Assembly: GCA_045613345.1 (NCBI GenBank)
Contig: JAZLAT010000005.1
Location: 135,112 to 199,111 of the forward strand
Reading direction: 5' to 3'
Length of the DNA stretch: 64,000 bases
Origin: Candidatus Enterousia sp.
GTDB lineage: Bacteria > Pseudomonadota > Alphaproteobacteria > Rs-D84
The position numbers and the translations under genes are program-made. Of this stretch, positions 56,201 to 64,000 are shown one piece after another; positions within the stretch are counted from its first letter, which is position 1; each line of letters begins with the position of its first letter. Below the pieces are notes generated by a model. The model was not told the DNA's origin, did no database searches, and saw only the letters and a program-made list of their open reading frames with translations.

Positions 56201-58618
56201 TTATATATTGCCCGCGCCAGATTTTTTCAAATATTCTGCAACAAAAGCCGAACCATATTGGCGATAAAGTTCTTCTGCCAACAATACCGATGAACGGCCC
56301 GATTCAAACAATCGAAGCAAACTTCCCAAACCACCAAGTTCAGTGTTTAAAATCACAGATTCATTATTTACCGGACGCGATAACAACACTGCGCGTTTAA
56401 GGTTCGGATAAGCCTTGCCTTGGATAAATGCCATTTCCAGTGGATTCAAATTCCAATGTTCATAATCTGATGCATCCGCCGCCGGATTACGGAAAAATAT
56501 TATCGTTTGTGCTTGGCCACGGACAACATCACCAATCCCAAGTTTATCCAAAACATTTGCGCGTTGGAATGCAACCATATATGCCTGACGATTTTTACGA
56601 CCTTCTTGTAATCCGGTTATAAAGTTATCACGGAACATTTTGTTTTCCAACATCGGTGCGGTTTCATCAATCATAATCAAAGATGGATTTCCACCAGACA
56701 CAGTTGTATTATTTATGCGATGCAATATATATGATATAACCGCGGGCGACAAAGTCGGGTCTTGCAGAATATCTGTAAAATCAAAAGTTGTAAGTCGCGA
56801 TTCTAAATCAAGAGTATCCGCTTCTTCATTAAATATTTCACCATATTGTAACGGGTCAACCCACTTTTTTAATGCCGCGCGCATAGTCCCAGACGATGAA
56901 AAACAACTTTCCCAAAGATTTTTTAACATACGGTCTTTATCTGATAAATAATCGAAATTTACCGACACTGCACGCGCAATTTCATCTGCAGAATTTGCGT
57001 CACTTTGTTCTGTAATCATCGCAAACCAACGACGCAAGAAAGCACGATTTGCAACCGTATCAGGCATCTTTAATGGATTAAGGTGTGTTAAAAATTCTGT
57101 ATCAGATTTTTCTTTACCCTGCATAGTTATATATTTTCCACCGACCGCAAGTGTGAATATTTCTGCACCTTTGTTACGGTCAAAGAAAAATGCTTTTAAT
57201 TTTTTATGACGCAAAGATTGTGCAATTAAAAATGAAAATAATGTTGTTTTACCACCACCCGTTGGTCCAATAGTCAAAGTATGTGCAACCGCCGCAGGTT
57301 TATCAGATACATGGAATTGAAATTGATATGGTGTTCCTTGGGCGGTGGGGAATATAACCAATGGACCTTCGCCCCAATCAGAATTTGTTACACCACGTGG
57401 TGTATTCGACATTGGTATACTGATCGCCGCGGCGCGCGAAAGCATTTTAAAACTTCTTGGAAAAGTATCAAAACCCGGAATCATTGAAAACCATGAAACT
57501 TTTGTTGCAAAATTTTCAACAATTGGCACAACACCAAATGATGCGGATATCTTTTTAAATTCATCAACATATTCTTTTAATTCATCACGTGTTTTACCAA
57601 ATACCATAAACAGCGGATAATAATTTACCAATGTTTGATTTCCCGAAACATTTTCATCCATTACTGATTCTGCATCTGATATTTGTTCTTCGGTTGAATC
57701 ATTTTCTTTTGATGCAACACTGCGGCGTTGACGTATAACCGCGTCAACTGCGCCGGCACCCATAATACGAAAACTGTTCATACAAATCATTTCTGTTTGT
57801 ATAGTATTTACAGAATTAAAGAAATCCTCATCTAAATAATCTGGCGCGGCACGAAAAGATATCAACGATGCAAAATATTCGCGTTCACCACTTATATACC
57901 TAACCGAACCATCTGATAAAAATTCAACATCATCAACCGTTGCAAGTTGCGTTATTTTATTGTCACATACGGCGGGCGACGGTTTTGTAATCGGCGAAAG
58001 TAAACGACCGAAAAATTTCGCCATATTATTTCTTGAATCATTTTTCAACACACTTGGTTTATACGGCGCAAGTATAGATTCAATATAATTTCCATACTGA
58101 TTTAATCTGTCACGCGAATTCGCACCACGCACAGATATAACAATATAATAGTTATTTAAAAATATCTTTAAACCTTGGGATTTCCATTTATCATATATTT
58201 TCTGTAACACAGGTTGGTCAAATTCATAATCTGTATTTTCACCAACCGCATCACGCATAGTAAAAAATCTTAAAATAACATTTGGGTCATGAATTTGATT
58301 GAATAATTGGGCGCGTAAATCCAAAAATTTTGCACGTTGTTCTTCGGTTTGCATACTGGTTTGAACCCCAGATATACTGTAAACCCGTACCAAACATCCA
58401 TCATCAAGTTCAATTGAATTATCATTATATACGGTTGTAAATGGTATATATTCTGCATAGTGTTTATATCCAAAACGCGGAAATACATGTTTTATTATTG
58501 TTGGAATATACATCATTAAAACCACAAAAACACAAACAACCGCAATAACCATAACAGTCATTGTCACAGTAGTATTAAATCCCATACCGGCAAAATATTT
58601 AAAGAAATTTTCAATCAT
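56201..58618 (-). CDS. virB4: type IV secretion system ATPase VirB4
   Basis: 805 aa. Walker A GPTGGGKTT, Walker B-like LIMIDETAPML. N-terminal region ELDDGCLVRVYSISGV is typical of VirB4/TrbE. 4-nt overlap with virB3. Confidence 0.85.
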   Translation of the reverse strand: MIENFFKYFAGMGFNTTVTMTVMVIAVVCVFVVLMMYIPTIIKHVFPRFGYKHYAEYIPFTTVYNDNSIELDDGCLVRVYSISGVQTSMQTEEQRAKFLDLRAQLFNQIHDPNVILRFFTMRDAVGENTDYEFDQPVLQKIYDKWKSQGLKIFLNNYYIVISVRGANSRDRLNQYGNYIESILAPYKPSVLKNDSRNNMAKFFGRLLSPITKPSPAVCDNKITQLATVDDVEFLSDGSVRYISGEREYFASLISFRAAPDYLDEDFFNSVNTIQTEMICMNSFRIMGAGAVDAVIRQRRSVASKENDSTEEQISDAESVMDENVSGNQTLVNYYPLFMVFGKTRDELKEYVDEFKKISASFGVVPIVENFATKVSWFSMIPGFDTFPRSFKMLSRAAAISIPMSNTPRGVTNSDWGEGPLVIFPTAQGTPYQFQFHVSDKPAAVAHTLTIGPTGGGKTTLFSFLIAQSLRHKKLKAFFFDRNKGAEIFTLAVGGKYITMQGKEKSDTEFLTHLNPLKMPDTVANRAFLRRWFAMITEQSDANSADEIARAVSVNFDYLSDKDRMLKNLWESCFSSSGTMRAALKKWVDPLQYGEIFNEEADTLDLESRLTTFDFTDILQDPTLSPAVISYILHRINNTTVSGGNPSLIMIDETAPMLENKMFRDNFITGLQEGRKNRQAYMVAFQRANVLDKLGIGDVVRGQAQTIIFFRNPAADASDYEHWNLNPLEMAFIQGKAYPNLKRAVLLSRPVNNESVILNTELGGLGSLLRLFESGRSSVLLAEELYRQYGSAFVAEYLKKSGAGNI

Positions 58619-58917
58619 GCCGATAATCTCCGTGGAATTTTATTTTTCATCATTTTTATTTTTGCCATTAAAACCTGGCCCAGTTGCATATCATTTTTCG
58701 TAAAACGTGCAAAAAACATATGAACCACACATACAGATATTAAAAAATACAAAGGATTTAAATAATCAACAATATCACCACCAAAAAACAATAACCCGGC
58801 AATAAAAAGAATCATAAAAATACCGAACTGAATCATAAAATTCAGAACCGCCAGTGTATAAGGCACACCAAACAATTGCGACGGATTCGCCAAAGCTTTC
58901 AGCACTTGTTGCTTCAT
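58615..58917 (-). CDS. virB3: type IV secretion system protein VirB3
   Basis: 100 aa. ALANPSQLFGVPYTLAVLNF followed by two TM helices. Position directly upstream of virB4. Confidence 0.65.
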   Translation of the reverse strand: MKQQVLKALANPSQLFGVPYTLAVLNFMIQFGIFMILFIAGLLFFGGDIVDYLNPLYFLISVCVVHMFFARFTKNDMQLGQVLMAKIKMMKNKIPRRLSA

Positions 58918-58953
58918 TTTACTAAAAATCCCTCCATGGATGTTTCTATTATA

Positions 58954-59196
58954 ACAATTTCAACAATTTTCAACAAGCATAAAAATTAAAAATCTTAAAT
59001 TGTTAAAAATGTTGAAAAACATAAAAGTTATTATAATTTTTTAAACATATATATTTTTTTAACAAAAGTATCAAAAACAGCGGAAAAATAACAAAAAATT
59101 GTTAAAAACTTTGTTAAAAACCAATTTTCAACAATTTCAACAGTACCAATAAAAACAACAAAAAAATAATAATATTATTTGATTTTTGTTAAAAAC
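58954..59196. promoter_or_regulatory. AT-rich intergenic region packed with TTGTTAAAAA(C) and TTT(T)CAACA/TGTTGAAAA motifs
   Basis: TTGTTAAAAA at 59000, 59099, 59111, 59186 and inverted at 59056-59065. TTT(T)CAACA at 58958, 58967, 59125, 59135 and its complement TGTTGAAAA at 59010. Lies between divergent virB3 and rpmJ. Confidence 0.35.
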
Positions 59197-59229
59197 CGTT
59201 TATAATAACCCCATCAAAAAGGATTTGAT

Positions 59230-59364
59230 ATGAAATTTTTAAGTTCTTTACGTGCATGGAAAAAGCGCGGAAATATTAAACAAATTCGTCGTGGTAAACA
59301 GGTTATTCTGATTGACCCCGATAATCCAAAGTTCAAGGCAAAACAAGGTTTTAAAAGAAAATAA
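59230..59364 (+). CDS. rpmJ: 50S ribosomal protein L36 (non-zinc type)
   Basis: Hand-translated 44 aa: MKFLSSLRAWKKRGNIKQIRRGKQVILIDPDNPKFKAKQGFKRK. This matches the Cys-less L36/YkgO-type pattern (MKV.SSL...V.RRG...VI...NP.FKA.QG) as I recall it. AAGGA lies 6 nt upstream of the ATG. Too short for the ORF track. Confidence 0.8.
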   Translation: MKFLSSLRAWKKRGNIKQIRRGKQVILIDPDNPKFKAKQGFKRK

Positions 59365-59384
59365 TTATCCTTGTTTATGTCTTT

Positions 59385-59412
59385 GGTGTTTGCTTGCAAG
59401 CACCTTTTTTTT
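59385..59412 (+). terminator. terminator after rpmJ
   Basis: GGTGTTTGC-tt-GCAAGCACC palindromic hairpin followed by TTTTTTTT. Confidence 0.6.
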
Positions 59413-59413
59413 A

Positions 59414-60100
59414 TTAAAAAAGGTCAAAATCATTTATAAAAGATTCTTTCATTATTTTTTGAATTTCGATGCCACTAAGTCCGGCGGTGCGTAAATAATT
59501 ATCTTGTTCGGGTTTTGTATGGAATATATATGCACTGTGATCGGCATATTCGGGGGTCGATAGAATCCTTTGTTGTGGAATAAGTCTTAATTTTGCAGAA
59601 TTATCCGCGCCATATCCCGCAATTTGAATATTTGATTTTGAATCTGTGCAATTAGGATTTATTATTGCCGTTCCAACCACACGAGAATAAGTATTTTGAT
59701 TACCAATAATTTTTGTATTTAATAAAATACTACTTTGTGGTGCATCATGTTCCGCCACAATTTTAACGGATAAATCAGACGAATTTTGACACAAAATATG
59801 CCCACGAATTTCAGAATTTTTCCCGGCATTTTTGATAAAAATGTTCAAAAAAGCCGGGAATTTATTTTTTACATTTACACTTAAAAACACCGGTTGTGAT
59901 TCTGTCATTAAATTTATATTTAATGTATTTTCGCGCGCGATATCGCCAACATATATAATATGTATAGGTAAATCGTATTTATCATATATATATTCTGATT
60001 CTTCCATTGTTGAAAAATCGGGTTGATAATTACCGTCCATATAAACCAAAGTTTCAGACGGAAAAGTTTTTATATTGAAATCGTCCCATATGTATGACAT
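59414..60100 (-). CDS. SufB/SufD-family beta-helix protein (short, stand-alone)
   Basis: C-terminal AKLRLIPQQRILSTPEYADHSAYIFHTKPEQDNYLRTAGLSGIEIQKIMKESFI follows the SufD/SufB C-terminal pattern (...P.L.I..DDV.C.H.A..G....EQLFYL.SRG...). No sufB or sufC nearby. Confidence 0.45.
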   Translation of the reverse strand: MSYIWDDFNIKTFPSETLVYMDGNYQPDFSTMEESEYIYDKYDLPIHIIYVGDIARENTLNINLMTESQPVFLSVNVKNKFPAFLNIFIKNAGKNSEIRGHILCQNSSDLSVKIVAEHDAPQSSILLNTKIIGNQNTYSRVVGTAIINPNCTDSKSNIQIAGYGADNSAKLRLIPQQRILSTPEYADHSAYIFHTKPEQDNYLRTAGLSGIEIQKIMKESFINDFDLF

Positions 60101-60127
60101 ATTACATATATTATAAAGGATTTTATT

Positions 60128-61207
60128 ATGGGTTTCAATTGCGGAATTGTTGGATTACCAAATGTTGGAAAATCTACATTATTTAATGCATTGACACAGA
60201 GTGCTGCGGCGGACGCGCAAAATTACCCTTTTTGCACGATTGAGCCGAATACAGGACGTGTCGTTGTGCCGGATGAAACACTGCATAAATTGGCGGCGGT
60301 GGATAATTCAGCCAAAATTATACCGACTCAATTAGAAATAGTTGATATTGCGGGTCTGGTTCGTGGTGCATCAAATGGTGAAGGTTTGGGAAACAAGTTT
60401 TTGGGAAATATATTGGAAACCGACGCAATTATTCATGTTGTTCGCTGCTTTGAAAACGATGATATTGTGCATGTAGATGGGCGAATTGACCCGATTTCTG
60501 ATATTGACACAATCGAAACAGAACTGATGCTGGCGGACCTGGAAAGTCTAAATAAACAGATAAAAAACCTTGAAAAAAAGGCGCATGGTTTGGATAAAGA
60601 GGCGATAAAATTATTGGCTGATGCAAATATTATTCGGGAAAATCTTGAAAAATCTGTACCGGCACGGGAAAGTGGTATTGATGCAAAACCTTTTGATTTA
60701 TTGACCGCAAAACCGGTGATATATGTTTGTAATGTTGATGAAGCATCTGCGGCAACCGGGAATAAATATTCTGAAATGGTGCGTGAAAAGTTTTGTGATA
60801 AAAACCCAGTTTTGGTAATTTCTGGAAAAATAGAGATGGAAATTGCACAAATTGTTGACCCATCGGAAAGAAAAATGTTTTTAGAAGACCTTGGGTTAAA
60901 ACAATCCGGGTTGGAACAAGTTATAAAAACAGGATATGAAACATTGGGGCTTCAAACTTTTTATACGGTTGGTCCCAAAGAAGCCCATGCATGGACAATA
61001 ACGCGTGGTATGACTGCACCAATGGCGGCGGGTAAAATTCACACTGATTTTGAGCGCGGTTTTATTCGTGCCGAAGTTATTTCGCCCGCGGATTATATTG
61101 CACTTGGTGGCGAAGTAGCGGTTAAAGAGGCGGGAAAAATGCGCCTTGTTGGTCGTGATTATGTTATGCAAGAAGGCGACATATGCCATTTCTTGTTTAA
61201 TAATTAA
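60128..61207 (+). CDS. ychF: ribosome-binding ATPase YchF
   Basis: G1 motif GLPNVGKSTLFNALT, DIAGLV, and a C-terminal TGS-like domain (FIRAEVI...GKMRLVGRDYVMQEGDI). Confidence 0.9.
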   Translation: MGFNCGIVGLPNVGKSTLFNALTQSAAADAQNYPFCTIEPNTGRVVVPDETLHKLAAVDNSAKIIPTQLEIVDIAGLVRGASNGEGLGNKFLGNILETDAIIHVVRCFENDDIVHVDGRIDPISDIDTIETELMLADLESLNKQIKNLEKKAHGLDKEAIKLLADANIIRENLEKSVPARESGIDAKPFDLLTAKPVIYVCNVDEASAATGNKYSEMVREKFCDKNPVLVISGKIEMEIAQIVDPSERKMFLEDLGLKQSGLEQVIKTGYETLGLQTFYTVGPKEAHAWTITRGMTAPMAAGKIHTDFERGFIRAEVISPADYIALGGEVAVKEAGKMRLVGRDYVMQEGDICHFLFNN

Positions 61208-61234
61208 ATAAAAAAACAGATATACTGGTCAATC

Positions 61235-61267
61235 CTTGTGGTGAACCACCTTACTTCGGTGATTCAA
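61235..61267. repeat. direct repeat A1 (33 nt, 1 mismatch to A2)
   Basis: CTTGTGGTGAACCACCTTACTTCGGTGATTCAA here versus 62126-62158 CTTGTGGTGAACCACCTTACTTCAGTGATTCAA. Confidence 0.85.
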
Positions 61268-61382
61268 ACCCAACACAACACACATATTGCAGTGTGTGCA
61301 GTTCCCGAGCCGAATTATTGGAAATAACTGAAGACTTGCAAAATTTATGTTATAATATTCACGATGATAGACAGGAGTAAAA

Positions 61383-61946
61383 ATGTTAAAACTTGTAAAA
61401 CCATCAAAAAAATATCTAAATTCTTTTTTAAAGGCTGTTAATGATTACGAACAGGATGAAAATCAATTCAAAGATGTCGCGATTAAACCTTTAATAAAGT
61501 CTATAGCAGAAAATAAATTGGAAGAATGTTTTAAACAAATGGATGATTATTCCAAAGGTAAAAACTTACCAGATGGTTATGTTCCTGGGACTACGTTTTG
61601 GCTGATTGATGATAAAGAATTTGTTGGAACTTTTGTTATAAGACATTATTTAACACCAAAATTAGAAGAACAAGGTGGACACATTGCAGCAAATATATCA
61701 CCAAAATATCGTGGAAAGTATTCGAGTTTTATAGGTGTAAAACTGTGTTTGGAAGAAGCAAGTAAATTAGGATTAAAACGTGTTTTAATGACGTGTGATG
61801 AAAAAAACTCTACTTCGTATCGTGGAATAACAGGTTTGATGAAATTATATGGTGGTGAAAAATTGCCTGATACTTTTGTAAATGGTCATGGTGAACACAG
61901 AGTATGGGTTAATACGCCAAAAAGTTCAAAAACAGTAGAAAAATAG
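61383..61946 (+). CDS. GNAT family acetyltransferase
   Basis: 187 aa. FWLIDDKEFVGTFVIRHYL...GGHIAANISPKYRGKYSSFIGVKLCLEEASKLGLKRVLMTCDEKN fits the GNAT core (beta4-alpha3 acetyl-CoA site). Confidence 0.6.
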   Translation: MLKLVKPSKKYLNSFLKAVNDYEQDENQFKDVAIKPLIKSIAENKLEECFKQMDDYSKGKNLPDGYVPGTTFWLIDDKEFVGTFVIRHYLTPKLEEQGGHIAANISPKYRGKYSSFIGVKLCLEEASKLGLKRVLMTCDEKNSTSYRGITGLMKLYGGEKLPDTFVNGHGEHRVWVNTPKSSKTVEK

Positions 61947-62002
61947 CCTTTTTCAAAAAGACCACTTTTGAACTTTTTGTGGGTATTGCGAATCTAACAA
62001 AA

Positions 62003-62025
62003 AACCGCCCTTGTGGACGGTTTTG
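62003..62025 (+). terminator. terminator after the GNAT gene
   Basis: AACCGCCC-ttgt-GGACGGTT followed by TTGT. Imperfect stem. Confidence 0.5.
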
Positions 62026-62032
62026 TAAATCT

Positions 62033-62047
62033 TGGTTGCGGGGGATG
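62033..62047. repeat. duplicated 3' end of tRNA-fMet (att-like remnant)
   Basis: TGGTTGCGGGGGATG is identical to 62214-62228, the CCA end, acceptor strand and start of the T-stem of the tRNA. Similarity continues with a 1-nt indel (GATGATTT vs GATGGATTT). Confidence 0.75.
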
Positions 62048-62125
62048 ATTTCGCGAAAATAAAATTTTCGCGGCAACTGCGCTCATCGCCCTTTGGGCGA
62101 CCGCCATACTTCCGTCTGGCTTTCG

Positions 62126-62158
62126 CTTGTGGTGAACCACCTTACTTCAGTGATTCAA
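62126..62158. repeat. direct repeat A2
   Basis: See A1 at 61235-61267. Confidence 0.85.
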
Positions 62159-62175
62159 CCATCATAACTATTAAA

Positions 62176-62206
62176 ACAAAAAATACACCGCGTGGTGTAT
62201 TTTTTA
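62176..62206 (-). terminator. terminator hairpin downstream of tRNA-fMet (bidirectional)
   Basis: ATACACC-gcgt-GGTGTAT, flanked by an A-run on one side and a T-run on the other. Confidence 0.6.
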
Positions 62207-62213
62207 TTTTAAC

Positions 62214-62290
<77 letters not shown>

Positions 62291-62348
62291 ATAGACGGGG
62301 ATATTATATATCATATTTTTTAATTGTCAACTTTTTAGTTGTTATATA

Positions 62349-63962
62349 TTACACTAACAATTCAAATTTTTCTCGCATACGGGTCAATTCATCGTCTATA
62401 CAGCGGATTTCGTCGCGTACATCATTTTCACCCGATATGCCGCGAACCATTAAATCATGTTTTTGTTTTTCAAGACTTTCAATATATTTTTGCAACTTTA
62501 ACGAAACCAAATACTTTTCCGCAGATTTAAAGTCCAGGTTAAAATCGTTTGTCGCCCCGGAATCAAAATCCAAATTAAATCGACCAATAAAATCACCGTA
62601 TCGTTCTGCTAGTTCTGGATATTTATTTACAATATAAACAAGAGTATTTTTTATCACATTATTTATTTCGGGAACTTCTATACATTGTATTTCTGGCGTT
62701 TTTTTCCATTTATGCCATTGATTAAATTTGCGCGAATCATATTCATGTTCGTATTCTGCGCGTAATGCTTTATCGGTAATTTTTTCTAATTCGGTGTGCA
62801 AGAATTTTTCCGCCCGTGTTCGCCCCGCCGGAGTGTTGGTAACAAAATTTGTATTTGCAATTTGCCACAAGAAATCAACCAAAGGCATCGCATTATTTAT
62901 AATTTTTTCCATATCCCCCACACCGCCATTACGCAGTATTTCATCGGGGTCTTTACCACCCGTGACAAATGCAAATCGTACATCAGAATTATCGCGCAAG
63001 AACGGTAAAATAATACCACATGCGCGTGCCGCCGCCTTTTGACCCGCCCCGTCGCCATCAAAACAGAAAACAATATTACGATTTGCTTTACACAGTATTG
63101 CAATATGATCTTCGGTCAATGCGGTGCCAAGTGGCGCAACAGTTTCACCAAAACCGTGACATTGCATTTGAATTGCATCAATTTGTCCTTCGACAATAAT
63201 GGCACGATTTGCACGATGTATTGATTCTCGCGCAAAGTTAAAACCAAACAATGTTTGCCTTTTATGGAACATTTCGGTGTCAGTGGTGTTTATATACTTT
63301 GGCTCGGACCCGTCCAGTGAACGACCTGAAAAAGCAACAATTTGACCGTGTGCATTAAATATTGGAAACATCAATTTATCACGGAAAAAATCATACAAAC
63401 CATATTCTCCGCGGCGCACAAGCCCTGTGGCAATCAATTTATCTTGGTGTGTATTTACAAATTTGTTTGCGACGATATTATTTTTTGGTGCATATCCAAT
63501 GCCGTATTTTTTTATCATTTCATCACTGAATCCGCGACCACGAATATAAGATAAAGCGTGTGCACCATCGGGTGTGAATAATTTTTCGGCATAAACGCGC
63601 GCCGCAGCCGCCGTGATATTTATATATGATTCTTCGGATTCAATTTGTTTTTGTGTTTTGGGTTTGTATTCTGGCAACTTTAATCCCGCCATATCTGCCA
63701 ATTCAGAAATAGCCGTTTTAAAATCCACATGTTCTGATTCCATAACAAATGAAATAATATCGCCGTGTTTTCCGCAACCGAAACAGTGGAAAAATCCCTT
63801 GTCTTCACTGACCGAAAAAGAAGGCGTTTTTTCATTATGAAATGGGCAACAACCCCAATAATTTTGACCGCGCTTTACCAAAGGCACACGCCGTGATACA
63901 ACATCAACGATGGATAATCGCTGGCGTAATTGGTCGGTAAAATTATTATCGAACTTTGCCAT
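62349..63962 (-). CDS. dnaG: DNA primase
   Basis: Zinc finger CPFHNEKTPSFSV...FHCFGCGKHGD. TOPRIM motifs IIVEGQIDAI and FDGDGAGQKAA. Confidence 0.9.
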   Translation of the reverse strand: MAKFDNNFTDQLRQRLSIVDVVSRRVPLVKRGQNYWGCCPFHNEKTPSFSVSEDKGFFHCFGCGKHGDIISFVMESEHVDFKTAISELADMAGLKLPEYKPKTQKQIESEESYINITAAAARVYAEKLFTPDGAHALSYIRGRGFSDEMIKKYGIGYAPKNNIVANKFVNTHQDKLIATGLVRRGEYGLYDFFRDKLMFPIFNAHGQIVAFSGRSLDGSEPKYINTTDTEMFHKRQTLFGFNFARESIHRANRAIIVEGQIDAIQMQCHGFGETVAPLGTALTEDHIAILCKANRNIVFCFDGDGAGQKAAARACGIILPFLRDNSDVRFAFVTGGKDPDEILRNGGVGDMEKIINNAMPLVDFLWQIANTNFVTNTPAGRTRAEKFLHTELEKITDKALRAEYEHEYDSRKFNQWHKWKKTPEIQCIEVPEINNVIKNTLVYIVNKYPELAERYGDFIGRFNLDFDSGATNDFNLDFKSAEKYLVSLKLQKYIESLEKQKHDLMVRGISGENDVRDEIRCIDDELTRMREKFELLV

Positions 63963-64000
63963 TATTTTTCATAAATCTTTTTACTGGTTTTTTATTATTT

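Noticed and set aside
58918-59229. CRISPR array or chromosomal oriC in the AT-rich repeat region
   Set aside because: The repeats are only 9-11 nt with irregular spacing and mixed orientation, so it is not a CRISPR array. There are no perfect DnaA boxes and no dnaA, dnaN or parAB nearby. GC skew could not be computed here. The origin idea is kept only as a low-probability alternative in the finding.

Overview
AT-rich (by eye) chromosomal segment of a Gram-negative, probably host-associated proteobacterium. Evidence for that: lipid A and outer-membrane genes (lpxC, lpxK, lolCDE, TolC, a BamE-like lipoprotein, a PagL-like deacylase), an orphan virB3-virB4 pair, a Pmp-repeat autotransporter and many small secreted proteins or lipoproteins of unknown function. 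Housekeeping backbone: fmt(partial)-def, rmuC, a marR-tolC-adaptor-RND efflux operon, lolCDE, ftsQ-ftsA, tsaE, uvrB, aspS, ung, gyrB, DUF374-lpxK-lpxC, lrgAB, rpmJ (found by hand, absent from the ORF track), ychF and dnaG. I read four tRNA genes by hand: Gln-TTG, Thr-GGT, Met/Ile2-CAT and initiator fMet-CAT. No rRNA, CRISPR array, transposase or IS element was seen. The most interesting region is a 4.2-kb integrase mini-island (34218-38389) inserted in tRNA(CAT). It is bounded by perfect 46-bp direct repeats and its only cargo is a two-gene module: an ABC/SMC-type ATPase and a small Cys-rich protein with a PD-x14-EIK nuclease-like motif. That is the architecture of an anti-phage defence system, and I cannot assign this effector to a named family. 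Other notable points: tRNA-end duplications and structured GC-rich debris next to tRNA-Gln and tRNA-fMet; a GNAT gene flanked by 33-bp direct repeats; an in-frame FtsA-Rpe fusion; an R64-type (type IVb) pilus assembly core (PilO/P/Q/R-like) running on directly from the lipid A genes, with a possible lipoprotein secretin about 25-30 kb away; a motif-dense AT-rich region upstream of virB3; two tRNAs with a non-canonical T-loop (C55); and a RelE/ParE-Phd toxin-antitoxin pair. All functional calls rest on motifs I recognised in the translations and on gene context. No database search was run.
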